A stretch of DNA of 64,000 bases from an uncultured Planctomycetaceae bacterium. GTDB lineage: Bacteria > Planctomycetota > Planctomycetia > Pirellulales > PALSA-1355. A program made the position numbers and the translations under genes. This document shows positions 9,977 through 22,699 of this stretch, piece after piece; the stretch's first letter is position 1, and each line of letters opens with the position of its first letter. The notes under the pieces were generated by a model, which saw only the letters and a program-made list of their open reading frames with translations, searched no databases and had not been told where the DNA came from. The DNA is taken from NCBI GenBank assembly GCA_963785305.1, contig CAWAUV010000008.1, positions 576,001-640,000 on the forward strand, read 5' to 3'.

Positions 9977-11780
9977 TCAGCGTTGGCTCACGGCCGGCGC
10001 CGCGGCGCTCCGCTCGCGAAGCGGCAACTCATAGCAGGCGGCCTCCTCGCCATTGCGCACAAGCAGGTAACGGCCATAAAGAGCAGGATTGTTCCAAGTC
10101 TTGCCATCGAGGGCCGCCAAACTCGAAAGTTCGCGGTGCGCCGTCGGGTCGATCGCCACGAGAAACACCTCGCCCGACTCGGCCTGCACAAGTAACAGGT
10201 CCCCCACGCCGAGAATCTGGCCGTGTCCGTAGCGGCCATGCTTCCAGCGGCGCTTGCCGTCGGCAAGTTGGATGCATTCGAGCGTGCCATCGGAGAGGCC
10301 ATAGACATAGCCGTCGCGGACAATCGCGTTGGTGAATTTGGTCTTCATCGACTTCGAGTCGGCCCAGATCGGTTTGGTGCTCCATTTGCCGGCGTCATCG
10401 CAGTCGACCTCCACCAGCGCCGAGCCGCCGGTGTAGCCCTTGGAGACGAACACCCGATTCCCATCCACGGCGATCGGCTGCGAATTGTTGGCGTTTTGGG
10501 TGCTTAGACCTTCCCACGGAAAGCTCCAAAAGAGCTTGCCGGTTTCGGGGTCATGTCCGCTGACGGTCTTTTCATTGACGCTTAAAATCTGCCGCACTCC
10601 CGACACGGTGGCCAGCGTGGGCGAGGCGAAGGCGATCTGATCGTCGCCGGCTTCCCAGATTTTATCGCCACTCGTTTTGTCAAACGCCACGAGCGACACC
10701 TTGGGCTTATCCGCGGGCCCACCGGCGGGCACAACCACCAGCCCATCGACCACGAGCGGCGACGCCGCCCGGCCCCAGGCCACGACTTGCAGATCGGTCT
10801 CGGGCGTGAGGTGGTAATCGTCGAGCAAGCGATGCGTCCAAAGCGGTTCGCCGGTCGCGCCGTCGAGGCAATTCAAAATCCCGGTCGCGCCGAGCGAATA
10901 CACTTTTCCCTCGGAGATCGTGGGCGTCGAGCGCGGACCGATTCCGCCGAGCACGGTTTCGTGGCGCGTCGCCTCGGCGTGGCTCCAAAGCGGCTTGCCG
11001 GTGAGTAGTTCGTAGCAAGTGGTCAGTTCTTGTTCGCCGCGCTGTTCGAGCGTTACCACATAACCATTGACGATGCTAAACGCCGACCAGCCCGCGCCAA
11101 TCGGCTGCCGCCACATGAGCCGGGGCGCGTGCTTCGACCAGTCGGACTCGAGCGCCGGTCCGGCGATCCAGCCACCGCGCTCGGGACCGAGAAAGCGCGG
11201 GTAGTCGTCGGGCGTCGTAGTCTTCAGATCAACATGCGGGACGGGCGGCGTTTGCGCCGCTAAGCCAGACGCATCGGTTTCGCGCGGATTCGCCGCGCTC
11301 GCGGAAGCTTGACGGGGACCCTCGGCCGAGCCAATGGCGCGGCGCGGCTCACAGCCGGAGCGCCGCCGGCGGCGATTCGCGGAGCCGCGAGCAATTGATC
11401 CGGTCGGGGCGTCCAGCGAAAGCGAAGCTCGGGAATCAATCCGCCGCGAACGCCATCGATGCGAAACAGCGCGAGCAGCACGACGACGGCCGCCGGCGCT
11501 CCGTAGAGCACGGCGCACCGCGAGAACTGCGAAAAGCCGCTATAAAAGCAAAACCAAATGAACAGCGCGCAGGCGGTGAGGAAGGTGCAGACCAGCGTGA
11601 TGATATTCGCGATCGCGCCGTCGAGCCCGTCGATGCCGCGCACATAGGCCACGGCCGCGACATAGCCCACGAGCAGCGCCCAGCCCCAGATCGGCAGCAT
11701 CCGCGAGCGCGGTTGAAGCCGGCGCCCGTGGCAAGGTCGCGCTCGTTCTTCGTCGCGTTCTCCGGCGAATCCTTCGGCAT
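9977..11780 (-). CDS. Membrane-anchored PQQ-like/BamB-family beta-propeller protein (frameshifted)
   Basis: DYPRFLGPER, WRQPIGAGWS, GPRSTPTI, ASPLVVDG, GKTWNNPAL; three N-terminal TM segments in a neighbouring frame. Confidence 0.85.
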
Positions 11781-12102
11781 GATCTAAACTCTCCTCCCTG
11801 ACTCGGCGGCTTCCAGGCCGCGCACTGCTTACGATCCCCCAAAGCACTCGGCGCCGACAAATGCAGTTCCCCCGCGTTTCGCCAGAGCCGCCAAACATTC
11901 TAGGGGCGGGACCACGAAAAAGGGAAGGCGAGTCGAACCGGGAAGCACGGTGACACGGTCGGGCCAAGCATGCCATTCGACGAAACGACTGGTTGCTCTC
12001 CCCGCCCCGGGCGAAGTACATTGCATGCGTCGGCGCCTCGAGACATCCACGAGGCGGCCGAATGCGGCGACTCACTCCATGCAATGCGAGCCCGAGCGGA
12101 CG

Positions 12103-12654
12103 ATGGCCTGGATCGAACGCCAACTGCTGATCGCCGTGCCCAAATTGCACGACGCCAATTTTTTTCACGGCGTCGTGCTCATGGTTCGCCACAATGCCCA
12201 GGGCGCGTTTGGTCTGACATTGAACCGACCGGGCAGCATCAGCACATCGGAAATTTGGTCGCAAATCAGCGACGGCCCATGCCACTGGAATCAGCCGCTG
12301 TTCGTGGGCGGGCCGGTCGAAGGGCCGCTCATGGTGCTTCACGATCAGCCCGATGCCGGAGAGGCCCAAGCGGCGGCGGATGTCTATTTCACGGTCGACC
12401 CCGACCACTTGGAGCGGTTGTTCGGCAATCCCCAAGCCAAGGCCCAGTTCTATGTCGGCTACTGCGGCTGGGGACCGGGACAACTCGAATCGGAAATGGC
12501 GGCCGGAGCTTGGCAAACCGCGCCGGTCGCAAGCAAATATGTGTTCGAGGCCGATGGCGATCTTTGGGCCCGAGTGACCCACGACATCGGCGCCGAGTCG
12601 CTGCGTAAGACGCTCAATATCAAGATCATTCCGCCCGACGCACGCTGCAATTAA
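12103..12654 (+). CDS. YqgE/AlgH family protein (UPF0301)
   Basis: LLIAVPKLHDANF, GAFGLTLNRP, FVGGPVE, GYCGWGPGQLESE. Confidence 0.92.
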   Translation: MAWIERQLLIAVPKLHDANFFHGVVLMVRHNAQGAFGLTLNRPGSISTSEIWSQISDGPCHWNQPLFVGGPVEGPLMVLHDQPDAGEAQAAADVYFTVDPDHLERLFGNPQAKAQFYVGYCGWGPGQLESEMAAGAWQTAPVASKYVFEADGDLWARVTHDIGAESLRKTLNIKIIPPDARCN

Positions 12655-12787
12655 TCCGCCGGAGCTTCCCGATCCCGTGGCGAAAGCCGACTTCGCGCAT
12701 GCAAACAGGCCGGAGGGGTGTTTTCGCCCGCGGGCGGTCCCTATCCCGGCCGACCGCCCCCGCCCCACCATCAAGGAGACTTTCACC

Positions 12788-14537
12788 ATGCGACGCATGA
12801 TTCTCGGCACGTTCTGGGCCGTGTTCCTGGCTCGGGCGATCTGGCCCGCCGCGGTCTTGGCCCAGGGGAGCGGCCCAACCGAGCGCACGGTTCAAGGCGA
12901 GCCCGCGGGTCGGTATGCCGATCGCTGGGTCATGATCATGACGAACCTGCTGGTCGACTCCGAAGCCGATCGCGCCCTCGGCGTCATCGATCAAGCCGGC
13001 AAGGCCGGCTACAACGGCCTCCTCCTCGCCGATTTCAAATTCAATTTGCTCGAAGCCATGCCCGAGCGGTACTTCAAGAATGTCGGCCGGATAAAGGCCG
13101 CCTGCGCCGAACGGGAAATCGAGATTATCCCGGGCCTGTTCCCGATTGGTCGCAGCGATGGCCTGCTGATGCACGACACGAATCTCGCCGAGGGACTACC
13201 GGTGACGGACGCTCCCTATGTGGTTCGCGAGCGCAAAGCGCGGTTGGCGCCCGAACCGGCGGTCGCGGTTAAAAACGGCGACTTCGAGCGCACTCGCGGC
13301 GACGACAAGCAGTTCGCCGATTTCTACCAAGACGAGCCCGGCAAGATCAGCTTTGTCGACCGCGCCGTGTTCCACGGCGGCCGAACCTCATGTCGCTTCG
13401 AAAATATCGGGCCCGCCAACGCCCGCGTGATTCAGCCGCTCAAGGTGCGACCACACGCCGCCTATCGACTGAGTTGCTGGGTGAAGACCAGCGATCTCGC
13501 TCCGGCCACGATCAAGCTTCTCGCCAATGGCAAGCGGCCGCTCACATATCATGAAATGCATTTGGCGCCCACCCAGGACTGGACTCTCGCGGAAGTAGCA
13601 TTCAACTCGCTCGACGAAAGCGAAATCAATATCTACGCCGGTCAGTGGGGCGGAGGGAAGGGAAAGCTATGGATCGACGATCTGGCCTGCGAGGAACTTT
13701 CGCTGGTGAATGTGCTCCGCCGCGAGGGCTGCCCCTTGCGCGTGACCGACGCCACCGGCCGGCGAGAGTTCGTCGAAGGCGAGGACTTCGAGCCGGTGGT
13801 GGACCCGCTCTTGGGCCAAACCCCCTACGCGGGCCAATATCGCTTCGACCACGCCGGCGCACGACTGCGGCTCACGACCAAGTCGGCGATTCACGAGGGC
13901 GACCGCTTGCGAGTGAGCTGGTATCACCCGATCAAGATTCATGACGAAGAAGTCGCCTGCTGCCTCACGGAACCCAAAGTCTATGAACTGCTCGCCGATC
14001 AAGCGCGGCGCGTCAACGAGATGCTCAAGCCGAAAACCTTTTTCATGGAACACGACGAGCTTCGCTGCGCGAACTGGTGCGCCGCCTGCCGAAAAAAGGG
14101 CAAGACTCCCGGCGAGCTCCTGGCCAACAACGCGGCGCGTTGCGTCTACATGCTCAGTCGCATCAATCCGCGAGCCAGGGTCGTGACCTGGAGCGATATG
14201 TTCGATCCCCATCACAACGCGAAACAAGACTTTTATCTGGTCAACGGCACGCTCGCGGAATCGTGGCTCGGCTTGCCGAAGGAAGTGATTATCTGCAACT
14301 GGAATTCGGGACACGCCGCCGAAAGCCTCAGGTTCTTCGCCGGCCAAGGCCACGAACAAGTGATCGCCGGTTACTACAACGCGAGCGTCGGCGAATTCGA
14401 CCGCTGGGGCTCGGCGATGAAGGAGGTGTTTCCGGCGCCCGCCGCGCCCCGGAGTCACGGGCGTGATGTACACGACCTGGCAGAACAACTTCGGCGATCT
14501 CGACGCGTTTGCCCGCAAGGCGTTCGCGCGAGATTAG
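12788..14537 (+). CDS. Secreted GH20-like TIM-barrel protein with inserted CBM4/9-like domain (frameshift near 14455)
   Basis: Signal peptide, KNGDFE..YRLSCWVKT..LWIDD CBM-like segment, FFMEHDELR acidic pair, WSDMFDP, GVMYTTW tail. Confidence 0.6.
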
Positions 14538-14564
14538 CAACGTGCTGAATAATTCAACAGGCTG

Positions 14565-14732
14565 TTAGTGCTTTGTCACGGCTGAAATGATAGGCAACCC
14601 CGTGGCGCCATGCCCACGCTTGCGTGGGCATGTTTTCGAGCGCCACGCGGAGCCCTCATGCCCACGCCGAGCCGTGGGCATGGCGCCACGGAACCAATCC
14701 AACCCGTCATTTCAATTGGGACAATACGCTAG
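14565..14732. repeat. TIR-bounded REP-containing MITE-like element, copy 2
   Basis: TTAGTGCTTTGTCACGGCTGAAATGA ... TCATTTCAATTGGGACAATACGCTAG around two CATGCCCACG..CGTGGGCATG hairpins. Confidence 0.88.
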
Positions 14733-15348
14733 GGCGCATCGACTCGCAACAGCCGCGGTGTCGGCAGGCGCGAGCCCAGAATGCGGCCGTGGCGCGCCGC
14801 GAGCTCCTTGAACGAGCCATGCAGAAAGCCGAGCAGTTCGGCCGGCGGATCGAGCCGCAGCCACTTCTCGGCGAGCGCCGCGGCGTGGGCATCGTAGTCG
14901 CGTTGACGCGAGCTGTGGGCGTAGCACCGGCCGGGGTGGCGGCGCAAGTCGCCATCGAAATTGGGCCCGATATGCCACAGTTCATGCACGACCGTGGCCA
15001 ACTTTTCGGCGAAAGGATAATCGCAAAACCGCGGCAAATAGAAGCTCAAGAGATAGAGCATCTCGCGCCCTGGCGATCGACGAGCGACTCGATTCGATAG
15101 CGGCGTCCGCGCTTGATGGTCACGCGTTCGCCATGCTCGAATCGTAGCGGCGTGAGACTGGCCAGGGTGCCGTGGCGGGCGGGAGTGCGAGCTTGGCAAA
15201 ACCGCACCGCGACCAGCGACATATCGATATGGGCCAGTTCCGGAAGATCGGCCGCGAGACGCTGGCAAAGCCGGCGCATGTCGGCGGTGAAATCGAGCGG
15301 CGTCGCGCGGGGGGGCAAGTACGAGCCGCTGGCTGAAAGTTCGCTCAT
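14729..15348 (-). CDS. Putative zinc metallopeptidase-like protein (frameshift near 15075)
   Basis: ORFs 15046..15348 and the 3' part of 14729..15478 join; EKLATVVHELWHI is an HExxH motif. Confidence 0.7.
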
Positions 15349-15498
15349 CGAATCCTTTCACCGCCGCCGAGGTTCCGAGCGATTCCTTTCGTCCGCGGCG
15401 ATGAGCCCGCGAATCGGTCCGATGACCGGCCAGGACAAGGCGCCCGTGGCCCAATGTATCAGGCGCCGCGCTCGGCATCGGCGGCCGCGGCGCGAATC

Positions 15499-16075
15499 TT
15501 AGCTTTCCGACGCTTCGCCCTCGAACGATGGCTTGGGCGCGGCCGGGGCCACGCGATCGCGCACTCCGACGAACTCGAGGATTGCTCGCGTGCCGGCGTC
15601 GCCCAGGCGGGGCTTCGCGAGCCGCAGAATGCGAGTATATCCGCCCGGCCGACCGACAAATCGCGGACCGACCTCATCGAACAAAATTCGCACGGCTTGC
15701 TTGTCGCCAAGCAATTGCAAAGCGCGGCGGCGAGCGGCCACGACCGGCGCGATCGCCTTGGCCCAGTTGCGCCACTTCTCGCTCTTGCGCAAGCGCGCCA
15801 GGCATCGGTGCCGCGCTCGGCGGTGGCGGCGTGCTTCCGCGCTTCGTCGTGCGCAGGCGCGAACGCGTGACGAGGGTGACACAGCGCTCGACCAGCGGGC
15901 GAACTTCCTTCGCCTTTTCAAGTGTGGTGACGATCCGCCCGCGAACCTTCGGTTTGTTGTCTTCCCCCTCGGCGTCGCGCTCGGTCAACAAGAGGGCCGA
16001 GGCCAAATTGCGGAGCAGGGCACGTTGATGACTGGGCGAGCGGCCGAGGGTGCGGCCTTTACGTCGATGTCGCAT
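15499..16075 (-). CDS. rplQ: 50S ribosomal protein L17 (frameshifted)
   Basis: MRHRRKGRTLGRSPSHQRALLRNLA ... RPGGYTRILRL..RLGDAG. Confidence 0.95.
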
Positions 16076-16194
16076 GGGTGTAACCGTTTCTGATAAATCG
16101 TGAGAACATGAAAGCTGGACGCCGCCGGGGCGCGGCGGGCCGCCGCCGGACGGCGCGATTGGCCGCCGCCGGCAGGCGGCGCCAAGGCGGCGCG

Positions 16195-17187
16195 TCAGGC
16201 CGTGGCCGGCGCCGGCAGGCGCATTCCCAGCCGCAGGCCCATCTCAGCCAGTTTTTCTTGCACTTCGTTGAGCGTCGTCTCCCCGAAGTTTCGCACTTCC
16301 AGCAGTTGATCTTCCGTGCGGCGAACCAGATCGCGCACCGTGTGAATCTGCTCCGACTCGAGACAATTGGTCGCTCGCACGCTGAGTTTCATGTCCGCCA
16401 GGGTCATGCCGAGCTTCGATTCGAGCGCCGCTTCGCTCAGCCCCAAACCGCCCGAGCGACTGGCGGCATGCACCCGCGAGCCGATCTCGCTGTATTGCAC
16501 GAACGGGTTGAGATGCTTGCGCAGAATCTTGGCCGCTTCGACCAGCGCCATTTCCGGATGGATCGAGCCGTTGGTCCAAATCTCGAGCGTGAGCCGATCG
16601 TAGTTCGTCTTCTGGCCGACGCGAGTCTCCTCGACCTCGTAACGCACGCGCACCACCGGGCTATACACGGCGTCGACCGGAACGATGCCGATCTCTTGCA
16701 CATTGGGGCTGTGCTCGGTCGAGGGCACATAACCGCGGCCGTTTTCCACCACCATCTCCATCACGAACGGCACATCGGCCGTGAGCGTGGCGATCACATG
16801 GTCCTTGTTGATTACGATCACCGAATCGTCGGTTTGCACATCGGCGCCGGTAACGGTTCCGGCCTTGTTCTTCTCGATCCGCACCACCTTGGTCGACTCG
16901 CTGCGGTTCTTGACCACCAGCGATTTCACATTCAGCACGATATCGGTCATGTCTTCGACCACGCCCGGCAGGGTGGTGAATTCATGTTGAGCGCCGTGGA
17001 CCTTGATTTGCGTGATCGAACTGCCTTCGAGACTCGACAGCAGAATGCGCCGCAGACCGTTGCCGATCGTCGACCCAAAGCCGCGCTCGAACGGTTCGGC
17101 CACGAACTTGCCGTAGGTCGGGCTCAAACTTTTCTGATCGCAGGTAACCAGACTGGGCAGTTCCAGACCGCGCCAACGAATATGCAT
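16195..17187 (-). CDS. rpoA: RNA polymerase alpha subunit
   Basis: [40 protein letters not shown]. Confidence 0.98.
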   Translation of the reverse strand: MHIRWRGLELPSLVTCDQKSLSPTYGKFVAEPFERGFGSTIGNGLRRILLSSLEGSSITQIKVHGAQHEFTTLPGVVEDMTDIVLNVKSLVVKNRSESTKVVRIEKNKAGTVTGADVQTDDSVIVINKDHVIATLTADVPFVMEMVVENGRGYVPSTEHSPNVQEIGIVPVDAVYSPVVRVRYEVEETRVGQKTNYDRLTLEIWTNGSIHPEMALVEAAKILRKHLNPFVQYSEIGSRVHAASRSGGLGLSEAALESKLGMTLADMKLSVRATNCLESEQIHTVRDLVRRTEDQLLEVRNFGETTLNEVQEKLAEMGLRLGMRLPAPATA

Positions 17188-17324
17188 ATTTGCGACTCCC
17201 CCCGAGAGACCCGAGACCACGCCCGAAAGCGCCGGTCCCCATTGAATTCAATTCGCCCCAGTTGTTCGATTTTCAACGCCGCGCTGCTTCGATTCCCCGA
17301 GGGTCGAAGTTCGACATTCGATGC

Positions 17325-17951
17325 CTAGCGCGAGCAAAGCTCGATGATCAATTGCACTTGCACCGGAATCGAGATGTCGTCGCCCTCGGGAATACGATTC
17401 ACGCGTCCCTCGGGAATGCCTCCCTCGACCAGCGACAAGAAATCAGGCACCGAGCGGTGATGCTCGGCCAAGTTCGACTGCACCATTTGCAGGCTCTTGG
17501 CCCGGTTCTTCACGCGAATCACGTCGCCCGGCTTCACGATATAGCTCGGAATATCGAGAAACGCGCCGTTGACCGTGATGTGTCCGTGGCCGACAAGCTG
17601 CCGGGCCTGGGAGCGGCTGGCGCCGAAGCCCAAGCGATGCACCACATTGTCGAGCCGCCGCTCGAGCAGGCTCAACAGCGTATTGCCGGTGTTGCCCTTG
17701 GATCGCGAGGCGCGCTTGAAATAGCCGCGGAACTGCCGCTCGAGCACGCCGTAGTAATGTTTGACCTTTTGCTTTTCGCGCAAATGCAGGGCATAGTCGG
17801 TCTGCTTGCCGCGGCGGAATTGGTGCATGCCCGGCGCCGTGTCGCGACGCTCGATGGCGCACTTCGGCGTGTCGCAACGATTGCCCTTGAGAAACAGTTT
17901 CAAGCCGTCGCGACGGCACATGCGACACACGGGTCCGGTGATGCGAGCCAT
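17325..17951 (-). CDS. rpsD: 30S ribosomal protein S4
   Basis: MARITGPVCRMCRR, LREKQK, LERRLDNVV. Confidence 0.98.
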   Translation of the reverse strand: MARITGPVCRMCRRDGLKLFLKGNRCDTPKCAIERRDTAPGMHQFRRGKQTDYALHLREKQKVKHYYGVLERQFRGYFKRASRSKGNTGNTLLSLLERRLDNVVHRLGFGASRSQARQLVGHGHITVNGAFLDIPSYIVKPGDVIRVKNRAKSLQMVQSNLAEHHRSVPDFLSLVEGGIPEGRVNRIPEGDDISIPVQVQLIIELCSR

Positions 17952-18173
17952 ACGATTTCTCTACGAGTTCCTAATCTTGAGATGATCTGCCCATTGCAGG
18001 CATGTTCGGGGGTGGATCACTACCACGCGGCAAATTGTTTTCATGCCGCGAGGGCAGCTTGGTTTTCCTGAATATCTCGTGGCGGCCACGGCGCCAGCGG
18101 CTCCGCCGAGGCCGATTGCCGCCCAGCCGCCGGACCCGCGAGCAGCCTCGGCGGCTTGGCGGAACCTATCTGT

Positions 18174-18554
<381 letters not shown>

Positions 18555-18636
18555 GAATGCCTGTCTCCCGCGAAGATGAATGACCCACCCAAACCAACCG
18601 CCGCCCAACAAAATCGACTCCGCGAACCGCGAGAGC

Positions 18637-19020
18637 CTAACGCATATCCTTCACGCCCTTCTTGCCGGCCACGGTCTTCTTCGGGCCCTTGCGAGTCCGG
18701 GCGTTGGTCCGGGTGCGCTGACCGCGAACCGGCAAGCCCCGGCGATGCCGTATGCCTCGGTAGCAGCCGATGTCCTTGAGTCGCGAGATATTCTGCGCCA
18801 CCTGACGGCGCAACTGACCTTCGACCACATAGTCCTTGTCGAGCAGCGCCGCGATGCGCGCCACTTCGTCTTCATGCAACTCCCGGGCCTTGGCCTGGGG
18901 GTCGACGCCGGCCTTGTGGCACAGCTCGGCCGCCACCCGGGGACCGACCCCGTACAAATACGTCAGCGAAACGACCGTCGGCCGATCGCTCGGAATGTCG
19001 ACACCCAACAAGCGCGGCAT
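18637..19020 (-). CDS. rpsM: 30S ribosomal protein S13
   Basis: [33 protein letters not shown]. Confidence 0.98.
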   Translation of the reverse strand: MPRLLGVDIPSDRPTVVSLTYLYGVGPRVAAELCHKAGVDPQAKARELHEDEVARIAALLDKDYVVEGQLRRQVAQNISRLKDIGCYRGIRHRRGLPVRGQRTRTNARTRKGPKKTVAGKKGVKDMR

Positions 19021-19214
19021 AAACGAAAACTCCCTCGAATGATCTCGAACCGTTGTATTAACTGGCGAGGGCCGGCGCCCCGAAATTGAATCGAATTTTG
19101 AGCCGAGACCGTGCCCAGGCACGGGTTCCGCGCAACGCGCGAGCGGCGCGGCGATTTCTTTCGGCCGCCGACAAACTCGCGCGGGTCGACACTCGCCGCC
19201 GCCACCAGGGAAGA

Positions 19215-19328
19215 TCAGCCCTGCCGCTGTTTGTGGCGCGGGTTGCTGCAAACGACGAAAACGACGCCGCGACGACGGACGATCTTGCAATGTTCGCAAA
19301 TGCGTTTGATGCTGGCGCGGACTTTCAT
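19215..19328 (-). CDS. rpmJ: 50S ribosomal protein L36 (Zn-binding form; below the ORF-track size cutoff)
   Basis: Hand translation [37 protein letters not shown]. Confidence 0.97.
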   Translation of the reverse strand: MKVRASIKRICEHCKIVRRRGVVFVVCSNPRHKQRQG

Positions 19329-19372
19329 GGCGGGTTTTCGACCGTTCTTAGGCTAATGTTTCAAAGCGTATG

Positions 19373-19402
19373 AGTATAAGGTTATTGCGACAATCCTCGC
19401 AA
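19373..19402 (-). promoter_or_regulatory. Putative sigma-70 promoter for rpmJ and the alpha operon
   Basis: TTGCGA-N18-TATACT on the minus strand, 45 bp upstream of rpmJ. Confidence 0.55.
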
Positions 19403-19484
19403 GACCCCCTGCGGGCGGTTTTTTTCGGCCCAGGGCCGCCGAGCGACACGAAATCGACGCGCCAGGCTCGAAAACTCGGGAAAA

Positions 19485-20274
19485 TCAGCTCGGCGCGGGC
19501 GTGTCGGGGCTCGAGGTCAGAACCCATGGACCATGATCCGTGATCGCGATCGTGTGCTCGAAGTGGGCGCTCGCCAGACCGTCTTGCGTGGCCTGGGTCC
19601 AATGGTCGGGCAGCGTTTTCACGAGCTTCGTGCCGATGTTGACCATCGGCTCGACCGCGATTACAAGGCCCGGCTCGAGCGAAAAGTCGCCATTGCGGCG
19701 CAACTGGCTGCTGACGAAGTTGGGCACCTGCGGGTCTTCGTGCATTTCGCGGCCGATGCCATGTCCGACAAAGCTCTCCACGACGGCGAATCCGGCGTCT
19801 TTCACATAGGTGGCCATTTCGGCGGCCACTTGGCTCCAGCGGGTCTTGACCGCCCATGAGCTCGATCGCCAAGTCGAGCACTCCCTTGGTGACCTCGAGC
19901 AGCTTGGCCGCGTCGGCGTCGACCTGGCCCACCGGGTGCGTGATCGCCGCGTCGCCGCACCAGCCATCGAGCTTGCAGCCGGTGTCGATGCTCACCACAT
20001 CGCCCTCCTCCAATTGGCGCTCGCCGGGAATGCCATGCACCACTTCGTCGTTGACCGAAATGCAGGTCACGGCCGGAAAGGGCACCTTGCCGGGCACTCC
20101 CTTAAACAGCGGGATCGCCTTGTTTTCGACGAAGAACTTCTCGACCGCGGCATCGATTTCGCCCGTGGTGACTCCAGGCCGCACCAGCGCGGCGGCCACT
20201 TGATGGGCCTGCCAGACCATGAGTCCGGCGCGACGCATCTGCGCGATCTCTCGAGGTGAACGAAGAATATGCAC
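19485..20274 (-). CDS. map: Methionine aminopeptidase type I (frameshift near 19855)
   Basis: [46 protein letters not shown]. Confidence 0.95.
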
Positions 20275-20496
20275 GAATGATCTACCTTCGACAAATTGTA
20301 GCGAGGCGCCTCGGCTCGCCCTTGATTCGCGGACCATGCCCTCGGCGAATGACTCCGCAAACTCGCGATGAATTGTATTGCTCGGCGGCGATTACGCAAG
20401 CAAACCGACAATCGCCGCCAGGGCGACCGGTTTCGATTTCTCGAAGACAGGCCACTTTCTCGAGCTCGAGCCTCGAAAATCGGGCGCGGAATCTCG

Positions 20497-21084
20497 TCAG
20501 AGGCGAAAACTCGCTTCCGACTCGCGGTGCTCGATTCGCTGGATCACGGCTCGAATTCGCGAAAACACATCGTCGGGCGATCCGCTCCCATCAATCGGAT
20601 AGAGCAGGCCGCGGGCGTCGTAATATTCCGTCAAGGGAGCGGTTAGTTCCAAATAGCCATCGAGCCGCTCTCGAATTACTTCGGGTTTGTCGTCGGCCCG
20701 GCGTCGGCCCATCAGGCGTCGCAGCAATTCGTCGCGATCGACCCACAGTTCGAGCACTCCGCTCAGCGGCATGCCATTGGCAAGCAACATCTGATCGAGC
20801 GCCTGGGCCTGGCCCAAGGTGCGCGGGAAGCCATCGAACATGCAGCCCTTTTGACAATCGGGCTCGGACAATCGCGATTTGACCAACTCGAGGATGATCG
20901 GGTCCGGAGCGAGCCGACCCTGCTTCATGTAACCATCGCTGACGCGGCCGATCTCCGTTTGTTCTTGGATCGCCTTCCGCAACATATCGCCGGTGGCGAT
21001 GTGCGGAACCTGCAAAAGCGAAATTAGTTTTTGGGATTGGGTGCCTTTTCCCGCGCCGGGCGGACCCAGAAACACGATCCGCAT
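20497..21084 (-). CDS. adk: Adenylate kinase (short LID)
   Basis: GPPGAGKGTQ, TGDMLR, DGFPRT, RADD. Confidence 0.97.
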   Translation of the reverse strand: MRIVFLGPPGAGKGTQSQKLISLLQVPHIATGDMLRKAIQEQTEIGRVSDGYMKQGRLAPDPIILELVKSRLSEPDCQKGCMFDGFPRTLGQAQALDQMLLANGMPLSGVLELWVDRDELLRRLMGRRRADDKPEVIRERLDGYLELTAPLTEYYDARGLLYPIDGSGSPDDVFSRIRAVIQRIEHRESEASFRL

Positions 21085-21174
21085 GGCTCCGCTCCGCTGC
21101 CCCCTCAGGCTTGATTCTTGATGCGCCAACCCGGCGCGCCGCCCCTGGCGTCGCGACGCTCGCTGGCCGGAGTC

Positions 21175-22524
21175 TCAGCCCTCCAAGAGTCCCTTGTAGT
21201 TCCGCATCACGAGATGGCTGTCGATCTTCTGAACCAAATCAAACGCCACGCTCACCGCGATCAAGAGCCCGGTGCCACCAAAGAAACTAGCCACCGCCGG
21301 AGGCACATTGTACAAACTCGCGATCACGGTCGGCGTCACGGCCACGACCGCCAAGAAGCCGGCGCCCACATACGTGATCCGGACCATGACTCGCTCCAGA
21401 TGGTCGGCCGTGCGCTTGCCTGGCCGATAGCCGGGAATAAAGGAACCGAAGCCCTTCAGGTTTTCGGCCATGTCCTTGGGATTGAAGGTGATCGCGGTCC
21501 AAAAATAGCAGAAGAAGTAGATCAGCGCCACGTAGAGAATGTTGTAGATCACCGACGAGCCACGCGTGAACGCGTCGTGCATTTCCTGCAAGAACTGACT
21601 GTTCGAATAATGGCTCGCCAGGAGCGAAAACCCCATCTGCGGAAACATGAGCAAGCTGCTCGCGAAGATAATCGGCATCACGCCCGCTTGATTCACCCGT
21701 AGCGGCAAGTACTGCCGAGCGCCGCCATAAACCCGCCGGCCGCGCACATGCTTGGCGCTTTGCGTGGGAATGCGACGCTGACCGAGGGTAATAAATACCA
21801 CTCCCGCCACGACGGCGACAAACAGCGCGGCCAACATGAACAGCACCGCAATGCCGAACTTGCCTTGCGTGCCGCCGAGTTCGGGCGTCGATTGTTCCAA
21901 CAGTCTCACCAGGGCCCCCGGCATGCCGGCCAAGATGTTGGCCATGATCAAGAGGCTGATGCCATTGCCGATCCCGAATTCATCGATCTGTTCGCCAAGC
22001 CACATCAAGAAGATGGTGCCCGCGGTCATGGTGAGTACCGTGATAAGCTGCCAGCCGAAGGTCATGTGGCCGCTTTCGTTGAGGAACCTGTCGTTCACGA
22101 GTTTCTGCTGCAACAAGAAGCCGACCAAATAACCCCAGCTTTGACCGATGCAAAGCACCACGGTGGCGTAGCGGGTGTATTCGTTGATTTTCTTGCGACC
22201 GCTCTCGCCCTCTTTTTGCAGGCGCTCGAGCGAGGGAACCACGCTGCCGAGAAGCTGAAAGATAATGCTGGCGGAAATATAGGGCATGATGCCCAGGCCG
22301 AAGATCGTCACTTGATTGAGCTGGCTGGCGCTGAACACCGCGACCTGGTCGAAAAGCGCCGTGAGGCCACTGTCGGTCCCCACCCGCGCGGCGAGCTTCA
22401 CCTTATCGACCACCGGCAGCGGAATCTGCCACCCAACGCGATACACCGCTAGCAGCGCGAGCGTGAACAATATCTTTTTGCGCAGCTCGGGAATCGTGAA
22501 GACGACGCGAAGCTTTTCCCACAT
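21175..22524 (-). CDS. secY: Preprotein translocase SecY
   Basis: LGIMPYISASII, WLGEQIDEFGIGNGISL, AGVMPIIFA, IPGYRPG. Confidence 0.98.
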   Translation of the reverse strand: MWEKLRVVFTIPELRKKILFTLALLAVYRVGWQIPLPVVDKVKLAARVGTDSGLTALFDQVAVFSASQLNQVTIFGLGIMPYISASIIFQLLGSVVPSLERLQKEGESGRKKINEYTRYATVVLCIGQSWGYLVGFLLQQKLVNDRFLNESGHMTFGWQLITVLTMTAGTIFLMWLGEQIDEFGIGNGISLLIMANILAGMPGALVRLLEQSTPELGGTQGKFGIAVLFMLAALFVAVVAGVVFITLGQRRIPTQSAKHVRGRRVYGGARQYLPLRVNQAGVMPIIFASSLLMFPQMGFSLLASHYSNSQFLQEMHDAFTRGSSVIYNILYVALIYFFCYFWTAITFNPKDMAENLKGFGSFIPGYRPGKRTADHLERVMVRITYVGAGFLAVVAVTPTVIASLYNVPPAVASFFGGTGLLIAVSVAFDLVQKIDSHLVMRNYKGLLEG

Positions 22525-22699
22525 GCTTCCAGTTCCTTCTTTCGTCGGACAATAGGCGATCGAACCGCCGCCGCCCCATGCAAAAAAGTAAGCGCTTCGC
22601 ATCCAAGCCGAAGCGCGTTCCGCCGACTCTAGACGACCGAGGCATCTCCGAATCGGGGAAGCCTCCTCGGAACGAGAACCCCGCGACCCGAAGCCCGTA

